A stretch of 59,863 nucleotides of DNA, filler included. It is 5 parts of 5 records of this genome, joined end to end, with 100 filler letters (N's around TTAATTAATTAA, not from the genome) between each part and the next. Parts side by side here need not be neighbours in the genome. Positions count along the whole stretch, not along the records: positions 1 to 19,157 come from SRR22947725_4029; positions 19,258 to 32,696 come from SRR22947725_4037; 3 more parts are not named here. One strand, 5' to 3'. The translations under genes were made by a program, and so were the position numbers. Positions 8,339-19,293 of this stretch are shown here, in pieces (the stretch's first letter is position 1; every line of letters starts with the position of its first letter). Below the pieces are notes generated by a model that made no database searches, had not been told where the DNA came from, and worked only from the letters and a program-made list of their open reading frames with translations.

Positions 8339-10728
8339 ATGCGGGCGATTCGATGGCTCGAATGGTGGCTATCGTGCGTCTTGCTTGTCTTTGTCGCAAA
8401 CGCCGAGGATCCGCCAGAACCTCCTTGCGGTTTTGGCTCGTTCCTGGACGCGATACCTGGCAGTTCAATATTCTCAGACACGTCAATCTTTAAGGAAGCG
8501 ATCAAGCTGTCTGGGTACGAGGTACGTCTCGACGCGTTTGCAACCGACACGTCAGGTTCGAACTCAGACCCACCATCAAAGAAACGATCTTTAAATCACA
8601 GGATAAACTTCCACCTCCATCGAGTGACGTCTCCATCACCATTCTGACTCCAACGAATGGCGGCTGGTTCAAGTTGCTTGGTGGGAACTCACTGTTCCTG
8701 CCATCGATATCGTCGCTCGGCGACGACTTGACGGCGACTGTCCTTGCCAATTCAATGCTGGGCTCTGTGTCGCCGGATGTGGTACAGCAGTACACATCGG
8801 AGAACAGAGGATCTTCGCCGTCCATTTACGGGCTGCTCGCCGGTCAGCCAGGGTACTTGATTGAATACTGGGCCGAGTTGAAGGAGGATGGCCGGACGGC
8901 GTACTATTTCACCTTGCCGGCGTCAGGTGGTCAGGTGGCCGAAACATATCGACCAGTGCAAGCGTGCAATTCGTGGATGTACTTGACGAATCGAGTTTTG
9001 GTCCCCTCGTCGTCAGGTAAGGTTGCAGATGTGGAGAAAGTCGCGCTCCCAGAGACACTCCCGTGGTCCACAACTCCCTCCTCGCCCTCCTCGCCAGTTC
9101 CATCACCACCTCCCGACCCCGTCATGGTCCAAAACGCAACCATATGTGAGGTCCCCTCTCCCGATGTGACTCCAACCTCAAGCGAGTGCCAGACCTTTGA
9201 CCAGGCAGCCAGAGATGCGGGACTCACGCTCCTGTCTCTCGTGGCGGCGAACCTCGAGGACGCTCTGCCCGAGCCTGCCAATACGAACACTATCCTCGCC
9301 CCCACGGACGCAGCGTTTACTGGCATGCTCGGCGACTTGGGTTTGTCCATCCCGGACGCCCTGACGCTCGGCGACAAGCTGACCTCGGTCCTCCTCTATC
9401 ACGTGCACCCAGGAGAGGCACTGTCGATCGATGAGCTGAATCAGCGCCAGTCATTGACGACCGACCTCGGCGTGCGGCTGAATCAGGTGGATGCCTTTGC
9501 CATTGCCGTCCAGTCAGGGGCGGCAATGGGTGCCCCGCCCACACTCACGAGTGTGCGTGGTGACGTGGCTACGATCACGAAAACGATCACAGTGTGCAAC
9601 ACCACGGTGCACGTCATCGACAAAGTCCTATTGCCCGCGGCCACCGTCGAGGAGCTCCCCATCGCCCCTCCACCGACCGTGACCGTGACCGTGACCGATG
9701 AAGCTGTTGTCCAAGGGTCGCAGCCACCGAAGGAACAGTCGGTGGTGCAGAGGGCGGTCGCATCCGTCATCGGACCGTTGATATCATGCACTGTCATCCT
9801 CGAAGCAGCCGGATCGACACTGACCACCGTGACTGACGAGTCGGGGGCATTTAGGTTCGAGAAGATTCCGCAATGCGCCACCAAAGGCGGATACGTGCGC
9901 GTTCCACGAGACTCCCAGGGCGAGGAGTGTCGTGACGCCGCGACGGGACTCCCGCCGGTGTACGATCTCACGACTTCTCTCGCCCTGCTGGGAGAAGGCA
10001 TGGCCAGAATGCCCGATGACGATGCGCCCCTCCTGGTCTCCCCGCTGTCGACCCTCTTGAGCTCGCCCGCGCTCAAACAGGCCACGATGGCGGACGACCT
10101 GGGTTTCGCCAGCAACGAGGAAACACTCCTCGGATCGGATACGTCGCTGAACAACCGGCATGGAATCGAATCACAAGCGCTGAATACCGCGCTCCTGCTG
10201 GGCACCACGATCTCGGCCGTTGACGGGGTCAGTCTCCAGGCGGGCGTCGAGGCGGTGAACGATTTCATCGCCGCAAACCTCCGGAACAAGCTCAGCCTGT
10301 CGGACCCGTCTACCGCCGAGCGAATCCTTAACGCAACACTGCTCACCTCGAACGACCAGGCCAAGTTGGATGCGATCAGCGCGTCCACGGCGGCGCTCAA
10401 CGAGGTCCTGGTCGACACGTGGTACACAGACTCCCCGTCCTCGTATGACGACAAACGTCTTCTGACGGGAAACGTCGCGACATTCAGCCAGCAAGACCTT
10501 TCTCCGGCCATTGTGGCGCTGATTGACGGCACAATGGCCGTTGAGGAGTTTGTAGCCCTTCCGACAAGCGCCGAGGCACTGGCGCCAACGTCTGTACCTC
10601 CCATCGCACCCGCAATCTCTCCTGCCGGTGCAGATCCAGACTTTCCCACAGCGAGCTCCCACCACGGGGTGCCTCGTTCGATGCGGACGCCCGTGTTCGT
10701 CGTCCTCGCGGCCCTGTTCCTTTGGTGA
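8339..10728 (+). CDS. Secreted/GPI-like fasciclin (FAS1) domain cell-surface protein, 2 exons: join(8339..8521,8602..10728)
   Basis: Signal peptide; intron 8522-8601 GTACGT..CAG in frame; two FAS1 H1 motifs (TILTPTN, TILAPTDAAF), LLYHV, H2 motif VHVIDKVLLP; Pro/Ser/Thr linkers; hydrophobic C-terminus. Confidence 0.8.
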
Positions 10729-10759
10729 CGAGAACCTATTTTTCGATAGTAACTTGAAA

Positions 10760-11495
10760 ATGCAGCTGCTCAAGACGAGTATCTCCAGCCAGAACTCGGC
10801 GTTCGTCGCCCAGAAGTCGTTTGGCGTACGTGAATTTCTCCTCCCACGACTGCGAATTCGTGGACCTCGCGTCGTCTCGTTGCTGCCTCGACGGTCCTTC
10901 CTCGTCTCCGCACTGCCAGACATCTATATTGTATGCGTTTGGAGACGGGCATTGGTCTGGTCACCGACGGGCAGCTCCACACGTGCGAGGCGACATGTGG
11001 CCACTCCCGCGTGCGGCCCGTCGGCGGTCGAATCCGGGTGTCTCCGCCGTCTGCGCAGTTCTCTATAGATTCAGAGAGAGAAATGCGGTCGTGGGGCGCG
11101 CGAACGCCTTGTTCGGGCGGATGACCAACATCATGCCCATCGACGAGCACAGGCCCGACCGAGTTCTCACGTTGCTCCGTTCACTCGCACCCGTGCAGGT
11201 CAAGAATGTGATGAAGACGACGATGAGGAAGCAGGGAATCCACCCGGAGTGGCACGAGGAGGCGAAGGTGGTCTGCAACGGAGAGGAGGTTTTGGTCACC
11301 AGTGGGACGCAGTCTGACTACAATGTCGATATTTGGTCCGGAAACCACCCGTTCTTCCAGGGAATCACCTCGTCTGTTGTCACAGACGAGGGGCGGGTGA
11401 ATAGGTTCAAGCGCAGGTTCGAGGGCCTGGATTCTCTGTCTACGGTCGAGACTGCGAGCGAGGCGGTGGCGGCGGCTGCCAAGGCGAAGAAGTGA
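10760..11495 (+). CDS. PRPL31: Plastid ribosomal protein L31, probably join(10760..10825,11199..11495)
   Basis: MRKQGIHPEW...YNVDIWSGNHPFFQG...GRVNRFKRRF is bL31; Ser-rich transit peptide exon; GTACGT donor at 10826, CAG acceptor at 11198. Confidence 0.9.
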
Positions 11496-11589
11496 GGCCA
11501 AGCTGTACCAATCTCGATTTTGACACCCTTATTCGTTAGCTATTATACGTAAAGACACTTAGGATATTCTCGCGAGGGGATCAACAGCA

Positions 11590-14500
11590 TCAGGCAGGTC
11601 GCCTCGAGGAGGTCCTCCTGGTCGTTCTTCGGGATTCGCCTGCCTCAAAGGCAGCCTTCAACTTGGTGCCTCGTCCCCTCTTGGGCGGGGAGTCAGCTGG
11701 TGGAGCGGAATCGACGGCTCGGCCGCGCTTTCTAGTCGTGACCAAGCTATTGTCGTCCGCCAGAGCGTCCGAGATGGGCTCGTCGTCCGCCAGGTTTGGT
11801 GCCACGTTCTCCTGTCGCCCTTCCTCCTCCTCGCCTTCGACACCGTTCTCCTCCTGTTCCTTTTCGATCGGGCGAAGTGGCGCATCTCTGACGGTGTTTT
11901 CCTCATCATTGTCGACTTCGTCGCTCGAGCGGGCGGAATCCTCCTCGACGCCTCCACGGAAGCGCCTAGACAGCGTCTCTACCGACGGGGCACACAAGGC
12001 TCTGACGGCATGTTCCATGGGGAACGGTGGTTTGGGCCGTGTCTCTGGTACGTTGTCTCGCTCCTCGTCAACGGCAAACTCGTCGTTTGCCTTTGCGACG
12101 GCGGTCTTTAGTCCATTCAGGCTTGCCTTGTGCTCATCGGCAAACGAGGACAAGTCGTTCTCGCCAGCCTCGGCCGATTGCACCAAGCGCTCGACAAGTC
12201 TACCAACGATGGCATCTGCATCACACGCGACGCCATCGATCAGATCCATCGAAGTATGCACTGCCTTGCCGGCGTCTGCCGAGGTGGCGATGTGGGCTGT
12301 CTTGGCTGCAACCAGGTCGTCGCGGCCCTTGCCGGCGCGTTTCGATGCGTCCTCGGAGAATTTCCTGAGCGCTTCACGGGCATGGTCAACGTATTCGATG
12401 GCATCCACGTGCATAGATCCCGAGATCTCCATGACCGACTCGGCACGCTGCTTCACGGCGACGTGGGCCTCGATGGCGTCCCTGTCGGCCCCATCTTGCA
12501 AGTCTCCCAAGCGCGACTGGTGGATATTGAGCACGGCATCGGCCGTCGTGCCAGCCTTTTTCACGGCCTCCATGTTGCACATGATCGCGGTACCTTCGGA
12601 TTCCATCTTCTCCAGGCGGTCCTGGCAGAACCCATCCACGGCAGCCTGCTGATCGGCAGCAAACTTGGTGACCAGGGTCGTCAGGCCCCGTATGAGTTCT
12701 TCCTTCCCATTATCGATCGACTGTTGGTGCGTGGCATTGAATCCCGATACGTCGGCCTGGTGCGAGGCGAGCGAGCGCTCGAGCGTGCCTTTCATGCTGG
12801 CCACGTCTGAGGTGATTTGCGTCATCGCAACCTCAAGCTCGCCCACGAAACTCGCAACGGCCAAGCGCAGAGCATTTCCATGCTCTTCCTGCTTGGATCT
12901 GAGCTCCTCGAGCGCCTTCCTTTCGGCGGCTCCGTGCTCGCGAAGCTCTCCCATCACCTCGTCGAGCGCCTTGGACGCAGACTGGGCCTGGGCCGCCGCA
13001 GTGAACTCAAAGTGGGCAACCGAAGACGCCATCTCGTCAATTGACGACGCTCCTGATTCGGCAAGCGCGCTCATAGCTTCCCCAAGGGCCTGGACCATGG
13101 CATCCACGTCGGCCTTGGCACCACGGACGGACGCCGTCATGTCGGCCAGTGCTTTCTTCTGCAGTGCCGAGAGTTCGTCCAAACCGCTGCGGGTATCCCC
13201 AAGCAGACCAAGCTGGGCGCCAACAGACGCTTGCAGGGCCGCGTCCATGCATTTGACTTGTCGTCCCACGTCCGTGGCCAGCCCGCCAAGGAGCCGCGCG
13301 TTGGACGTCTCCAGCATTTCTTTGGCGTCCACCCTGGCGAACAGCTGAGTCACATCCTTCAGCGCACTGTGTAGCCCATTTGTCAGGCCCACAGCGTGAT
13401 CCGCCAGCGCCTGCTCGCACTGCCGCTGCTGCTCGATGATGTATCGACCCTCGGCAATATCCTGGTGGGCAGCCTCCAACTCCGCCCTCGTCATGCCCAG
13501 CTCCGCCTCCATCTGTTCTGCCTGCGCTTCCATGGCCTCAATACGCTCCGCCTGCTCCTTCATGCGGGCCTGGTCCTCTTCGTACTGCGCGTGAGGCATA
13601 TACACGCCGTTCTTCTCCCTCGCCGCCACGAGCTCTGCCTTGAGCCTCGCTATCTCGCCGCCCATTTCCTTCAGGTGCGTCGTCTTGGAAATCTTCTGAT
13701 TCACCTCGGGCTTGTTCTTGATATTCTTGGCCCTGTGTGCGTAGTCCAGCGTCGACATAGTCTCCTCCTGGCACTGCACCGTCGGCGCAATGGTGGCGAT
13801 GATGCACGTCTTGGTCCGCCCACCCAGAGAGTCTCGCAGAAGCCTCGTCAGCTTCGAGTCCCTGTACGGAACATGCCCTTGGCCCTCCACCAGCGCTGTA
13901 ATGACTCTTCCCAGGGTCAGGAGCGATTTATTAATGTTCCCGGCCTCCTTGGCACGCTGGTCGACTGCCCCGCTCCGGGTGATGTTCTCGCTCCCGGCCA
14001 AATCGACCAGGTACAGCTTGCCCACGCGGATCACTTCCTCTCCCTCCGCAAGCACCTCCCTGACCGATACCGTCACAATGAACACGGAATGCGACCGACT
14101 GCTCTGCTTGTTCAGCAGCGTCTCCGCCGTCCGCCTCTTCGCGTTCCCGGTCTCCAGCAGATCAAATATGTCCGCCGCTGTCTTGACGTGCGGCTCCTCG
14201 AGCCCCTGCATCACCACGCCCGCCCTCGGATCCTCCATGATTCGCACCTTCTGCTTAGGGCTGTCTGCCTCACCGGCAGCCAGCAGGTCCGTGATCTCCT
14301 CGTTGTACAGCTCAAGGAACGAACACTTGACGGTGAACTCGTTCACACCCCCCAGGGCGTTCAAGTACCGAAAAATGTGCCCCACCGCCCTCGGAATCAC
14401 CCCCGCCTCGTTCTGGTTTTCCATGTTCCCAGTCATCGTGTGCGTTTTCCCCGTCCCGGTCTGACCGTACGCAAACACCGTGCAGTTGAACCCTTGCAGC

Positions 14501-14901
14501 ACCTCGTCCACCATGGGCGCCACTGCCGTCTCGTACAACCTCTCCTGGCTGGTGTCTGCGTCGTACACCCTATCAAAGTGATACTTCCGCGCGTACTCCT
14601 TCTTATTAATGGACTGCGTCAGTTGCACCTCCCTGTGGAGCTCGTTGCACTGCACCACCTCGGGTGCCTCGTTGCCAATCTCGGCGTCCGACCGAGGCCT
14701 GCCCAAGGGTTGTCATTTCAGCAGTGAGAAGGCCTCCAGTCGCACTCGCGCATGGACACCAGCAATAAATCCCCTTATACGTCTCTGCGTCGTCGATTTG
14801 TGGCCAACGTACCTGCAGCGCACGATGACTTGCACATTCACACCAGATTCGCAACTACCCGCGGCATTGCCCTCATCCCGTCTGCCCTTTCGCTCGACCA
14901 T
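11590..14901 (-). CDS. Kinesin-5 (BimC/Eg5-like), 2 exons: complement(join(11590..14698,14813..14901))
   Basis: VNVQVIVRCR|PRS across intron 14699-14812 (GTACGT..CAG), GQTGTGKT P-loop, SSRSH, LVDLAGSENI, AAREKNGVY kinesin-5 neck, long coiled coil. Confidence 0.93.
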
Positions 14902-15224
14902 GGCGACGCAATCTATATGAACGTTGGTCTGAAGATATGCCTGGAATATCGAGCGACGAGGAATTTTCTTCTGTTCCCTCCGACCGTCTCGCCGAGTTTG
15001 TTGTTCCGCTGTCCCGTCCGAGGCCAAAGGCATTAATAACGGGTGTACCCTCGCGTCATCGCTTCGGACATCCATATATAACGTCGATCAGAGCCGCACG
15101 CCGGCCTTCCGACCCGAGCGGCCCGTTCGCGTACCACTCCGAAATCAGGTCAACCTCATTCACGAGCGAGCGCAGGCCCGCACAGACGGCGTAGACCTCG
15201 TTTCAACGGCATCACGTACGTATC

Positions 15225-16556
15225 ATGAGTGGGGCTCGGTCTAGAGGACGAAAGCAGGGTGGACAGACCGGCTTGGCGACGACAAGTTCCCCGATCCTGG
15301 AGGACGGTTTCGAGTCCCCGGTCTCCGACGGGTCTGGGGTGTCCGGGATCGCGCCACTGCCTGGGGACCTAGAAGTTGGAGGTCCGAAACAGCCTGGCGA
15401 GGCGTCCGGCGCGGCCCGGGCGCCAGGAACGGACAGGTCCCCGAAAAAGAAGAAGAAGAAGAAGGATCGGTTCTACAAGAGGTTCACGTACCAGACGTTG
15501 CGAGGATATCGTCCCATCATAAATCCTTCTCATGTGGTCATTTTCTTTGCGCTCGCCGGGGCGTACTTGATCGGGGTTGGGGTGCCGATCCTGCTGGCAA
15601 CGATGGACGTGGTGACGTACAGCGTGAGGTACGACGATGCCGGCACTCTGAAGAATTTCACCCAGGAAGAGCGGGCTAAGCTGGTAACTTCGGGCGAGGG
15701 GGTCGAGTATTCGATGACCATCGAGGTCGACAAGGAGATGCGGGCGCCGGTGTATGTGACGTACGAGCTGGGGACATTTTACCAGAACTACCGTCGGTAC
15801 GTACGTAGCTACGACCCAACGCAGATGCACGACGGGGACTTATTTCCGGGAACGAGCAGTTGCGAGCCGTTCTTGTACCAGACGGCGTCGGGTCTGGATC
15901 CTGACGAGAGCCTGCCTGAGCAGGGGGCGATCTTGCCCTGCGGGCAGATCTCCCACAGCAACTTCAACGACTCGTTTGCCCTGTCGTCGAGCATTCCGGC
16001 CCTAGATGTGAGCATAGACGATAGTGATATTGCGTGGGCGTCCGATCGGGAGCACCTGTACGGCAACGTGACGGCGGTGAACTTCAACCAGATTGAGGCG
16101 TACAGGGGAGGTAACACGAGCACGCTGCCGCTGAATCAAGACGAGCATTGGATGATCTGGCAGCGACCTGCGGGCCAAAAGACGACCCGGAAGTTGTATG
16201 GGCGGGTGATGAATGATATTCCAGAGGGGACAGACCTGACGCTGACGGTATTCAATCGGTACAACACGTACAACTTTGACGGCACCAAGAGTTTCGTGCT
16301 GAGCACAAACTCGTGGATGGGCGGGAAGAACTATGTGTTGCCGGGATTTTATTTGGCATGCGGCGGATTGTGCTGGCTGGTGGCTGCGCTGTTTTTGGCC
16401 ATGAGCATTGGCGGAGCGCGGGGTTGCTGCTTCGGGTTACGAATGCCCGGGGACACCAGCCGACTGAGCTGGGTGGTTGAAGCCAAGTTGAAGGCCCGTG
16501 CCACGGCGAAATTCAGGGCCGGCGAGGGCGTGGCGGCGAGGAGACAGGCCGCGTGA
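15225..16556 (+). CDS. CDC50/LEM3 (ALIS) P4-ATPase flippase beta subunit
   Basis: FTYQTL, two TM helices, YELGTFYQNYRRYVRSY, PCGQI..SNFND, GGKN. Confidence 0.88.
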   Translation: MSGARSRGRKQGGQTGLATTSSPILEDGFESPVSDGSGVSGIAPLPGDLEVGGPKQPGEASGAARAPGTDRSPKKKKKKKDRFYKRFTYQTLRGYRPIINPSHVVIFFALAGAYLIGVGVPILLATMDVVTYSVRYDDAGTLKNFTQEERAKLVTSGEGVEYSMTIEVDKEMRAPVYVTYELGTFYQNYRRYVRSYDPTQMHDGDLFPGTSSCEPFLYQTASGLDPDESLPEQGAILPCGQISHSNFNDSFALSSSIPALDVSIDDSDIAWASDREHLYGNVTAVNFNQIEAYRGGNTSTLPLNQDEHWMIWQRPAGQKTTRKLYGRVMNDIPEGTDLTLTVFNRYNTYNFDGTKSFVLSTNSWMGGKNYVLPGFYLACGGLCWLVAALFLAMSIGGARGCCFGLRMPGDTSRLSWVVEAKLKARATAKFRAGEGVAARRQAA

Positions 16557-16612
16557 CGGTCATCTTGTAAACAGCAAGTTCGCCATGCAGTGAGTCGTGT
16601 TGACGGAAAGTC

Positions 16613-18147
16613 ATGTTTTGTGTACAGACATCACCCCAACTACTTCGGCGATCACAGCACCTGGCGCCGCCCACGAGGCGGCGAGAGGATGGAGCGCAGA
16701 GAAAAGGCAGGGAGAAGGCATGGCCATGCGAGCAAACAGGTCCTCGATGGCATCTCGCGAGGACCCGGGAATCAGCGGCTCGTGCATTGTCGTCAGAGAA
16801 TACAACGGTCGACATGGCAACGACTTCGGGGACGGCGGGGCGACGGGGCACGTTATTGCCCGTCAAAGGCTTGAGCTTTGGCGAGCTGGTCTCGTTCTGT
16901 CGGGAGGTCCTGGACGAGGAGCACCCCGAGAAGCGAGCTCGGCAGCTGTGGCGGTGGATGTATAGTGACTACAGATGGGTGCGAAGCCTGGAGGACGCAG
17001 CGGCAGGTATGTGTTGGAGCAGTTGACGGCTCTGCGGCCGCGAGGTCCGGCGCCCTCACTCATGCTTTGCGCTCGTACTCCAGAGACCACGCAGAACGGG
17101 TTCTCGAAGGCGTTTCGCGAAAAGTTTGATGCGGTAGCGACTGTAGATGGCGGGCTGCAGCTGTGCGACGAGCACACTGCGGCGGACGGCACCGTCAAGC
17201 TAGTCTTCGAGTTGACGACTGGCCCAGGCAAGGGCGGCAAGATTGAGACGGTCCTGATCCCGGTCGTCCGAGAGCACGATAGCAAGCACGGTGTAAAGGG
17301 TCGTATCACGCTATGCGTGTCCAGCCAGTTGGGATGTGCGATGGGGTGCAAGTTTTGCTGGACGGGCAAGCTTGGTCTGCTCGCCAACCTGTCGACGGCC
17401 CAGATCGTGGAGCAGGTCGTGGCGGCGCGGCGATATCACTACGAGAAGTTTGGCGGCGTGGAGAAGATGGATGACATCGAGACGCCTGACCCTCGACCGC
17501 GGTCGAGATCCCGCTACGTCACGCCAATCACAAACATCGTATATATGGGGATGGGCGAGCCGCTCGACAACCTCGAGGCGGTCATTGGCTCCCTTGAAAT
17601 CGCTACGGACCACCTCGGCCTCCATTTTTCCCACAACAAGGTGACCGTATCAACGGTGGGACTCGTTCCGGAAATGCGCGAGTTGCTTCGGAGGACCAAC
17701 GTGTCGTTGGCGGTGAGTTTGCACGGGGCGACGAACGATGTTCGGGGTTCGATCGTGCCGGTGAACGGGAGATACGCTGTGGAAGAGCTCGTCGGTGCAT
17801 TAGAGGAACTATTCCCCGTCGACGACAAGTCGTCACCTCATGTTTTGATCGAATACACGATGATGGACGGCGTGAACGACCGAGTGGAGGATGCCGAGGC
17901 GCTGTTGCATGTTCTCTCAAAGGTGAAGGCCAAAATAAACCTCATCGTGTTCAACGCGCATGAAGGGACCCAGTACGCTGCCTCGACGGATGCGAGCGTG
18001 GGCGCTTTCCGTGACGTGCTGATCAAGGGGGGTCGGGTCGTGACCGTCCGCGCAAGTCGCGGCGATGACGAAGCGGCGGCGTGCGGCCAGTTGGGCGGCA
18101 ACGTCGACGAGGCCAGGGCTCTGAAAAGGGAGCTTCTCGCAAAGTAG
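16613..18147 (+). CDS. rlmN: Organellar RlmN-type radical SAM RNA methyltransferase, join(16613..17006,17084..18147); start uncertain (16613 or 16814)
   Basis: CVSSQLGCAMGCKFC (CxxxCxxC), MGMGEP, SLH, AACGQL; intron 17007-17083 GTATGT..CAG in frame. Confidence 0.88.
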
Positions 18148-18157
18148 GATTTTAAAC

Positions 18158-19157
18158 TCAAACCGTAGTCTCAGCGGTGTCCTGTGCGGACTCGGCTCGT
18201 GCCTCCTCTTTGCTACGCTTCATTGCCTCCAAGAAATTTTTCTTCCGGCGCACGCGACCCGGAGCGACCTGTCTGGGACCAGCGCCCCCCATCAACGCCC
18301 CCATCATCTCTTCGTCGTCCATCCCCGGCGGCGCCCCGCCAGAGATGGCCATCATCCGTGACATGGTGGACATCTGGGTGCGCATGGCAACAAACACCCC
18401 GACGAGCTCCTGGACCTCACTTTCCTCCTTGCCACTCCCTCTGGCAATGCGCCTCCGCCGGGCGGGTTGCTTGGCCAGCAAGTCTGGCGTCTCCCGCTCC
18501 TCCGCTGTCATCGAATTGATCATTGCTTCGTACGACTTGTACTGCTTCTCCACCGCTGCCAACTGCTTATCCGTGATTCCCGACATCCCGGGGATCATCT
18601 TTGCAATCTGCCCGAGACTTCCCATGCTCGTCACCGTCTTGTACTGCTGCAAAAAGTCGTTGAAGTCAAACTTGGCAGCCATCATCTTCTTGGTCATGGC
18701 GATGGCCTCCTCCTCCTTGATGACCTCCTCTGCCTTCTCCACCAGACTGATCACGTCTCCAAACCCGAGGATACGGTTCGCCATCCGGTCCGGCATGAAC
18801 GCCTCGAGGTCCTGCATCTTCTCGCCGGTTCCGATAAACTTGATTGGCTTCCCGCTCACTTCGTTGACAGAAAGGGCAGCCCCTCCACGGGTGTCCCCGT
18901 CCGTCTTGGTGAGGATTGCACCCGTAATGCCTGCGGCCTCGTCGAAAGATTTGACCAGTCCCGCCGCCTCCTGCCCTGTCATTGCATCGACGACCAGAAG
19001 CACGTCTGACGGATTGACGGTCGCCTTCAAATCCTTCAGCTCCTGCATCATCGATTCGTCAATGTTCAGGCGACCCGCTGTATCCACAATAACCACATCA
19101 TATCCCTCCGCCTTTGCCTTCGCAAGACCCTGCGCCGCGATCTCAGTCACCGGCGTG
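18158..19157 (-). CDS. cpSRP54: Chloroplast SRP54 (Ffh homologue), 5' end truncated by the contig edge
   Basis: DTAGR, DAMTGQ, TKTDGDTRGG, M domain FDFNDF, SM and GSG motifs, basic tail PGRVRRKK. Confidence 0.92.
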
Positions 19158-19257
19158 NNNNNNNNNNNNNNNNNNNNNNNNNNNNNNNNNNNNNNNNNNN
19201 NTTAATTAATTAANNNNNNNNNNNNNNNNNNNNNNNNNNNNNNNNNNNNNNNNNNNN
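19158..19257. other. Artificial contig-joining spacer
   Basis: N-run with central TTAATTAATTAA (stop codons in all six frames); base composition changes abruptly across it. Confidence 0.98.
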
Positions 19258-19293
19258 TATTTTATAGTCAGCTTTATTCTAAGTTAGTAATAT

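Noticed and set aside
6897..8486. 529-aa antisense ORF (also 9483-10649, 11663-12652, 13396-14727 and 18177-19205)
   Set aside because: Ser/Ala- or Leu/Arg-rich shadows of real genes on the opposite strand, expected from GC-rich codon bias; no recognisable motifs
9675..9698. GACCGT hexamer tandem repeat
   Set aside because: Only encodes a low-complexity TVTVTVT linker in the fasciclin protein
19202..19213. TTAATTAATTAA palindrome recurring four times in the window
   Set aside because: Always centred in N-runs; it is a synthetic six-frame-stop linker, not a biological repeat
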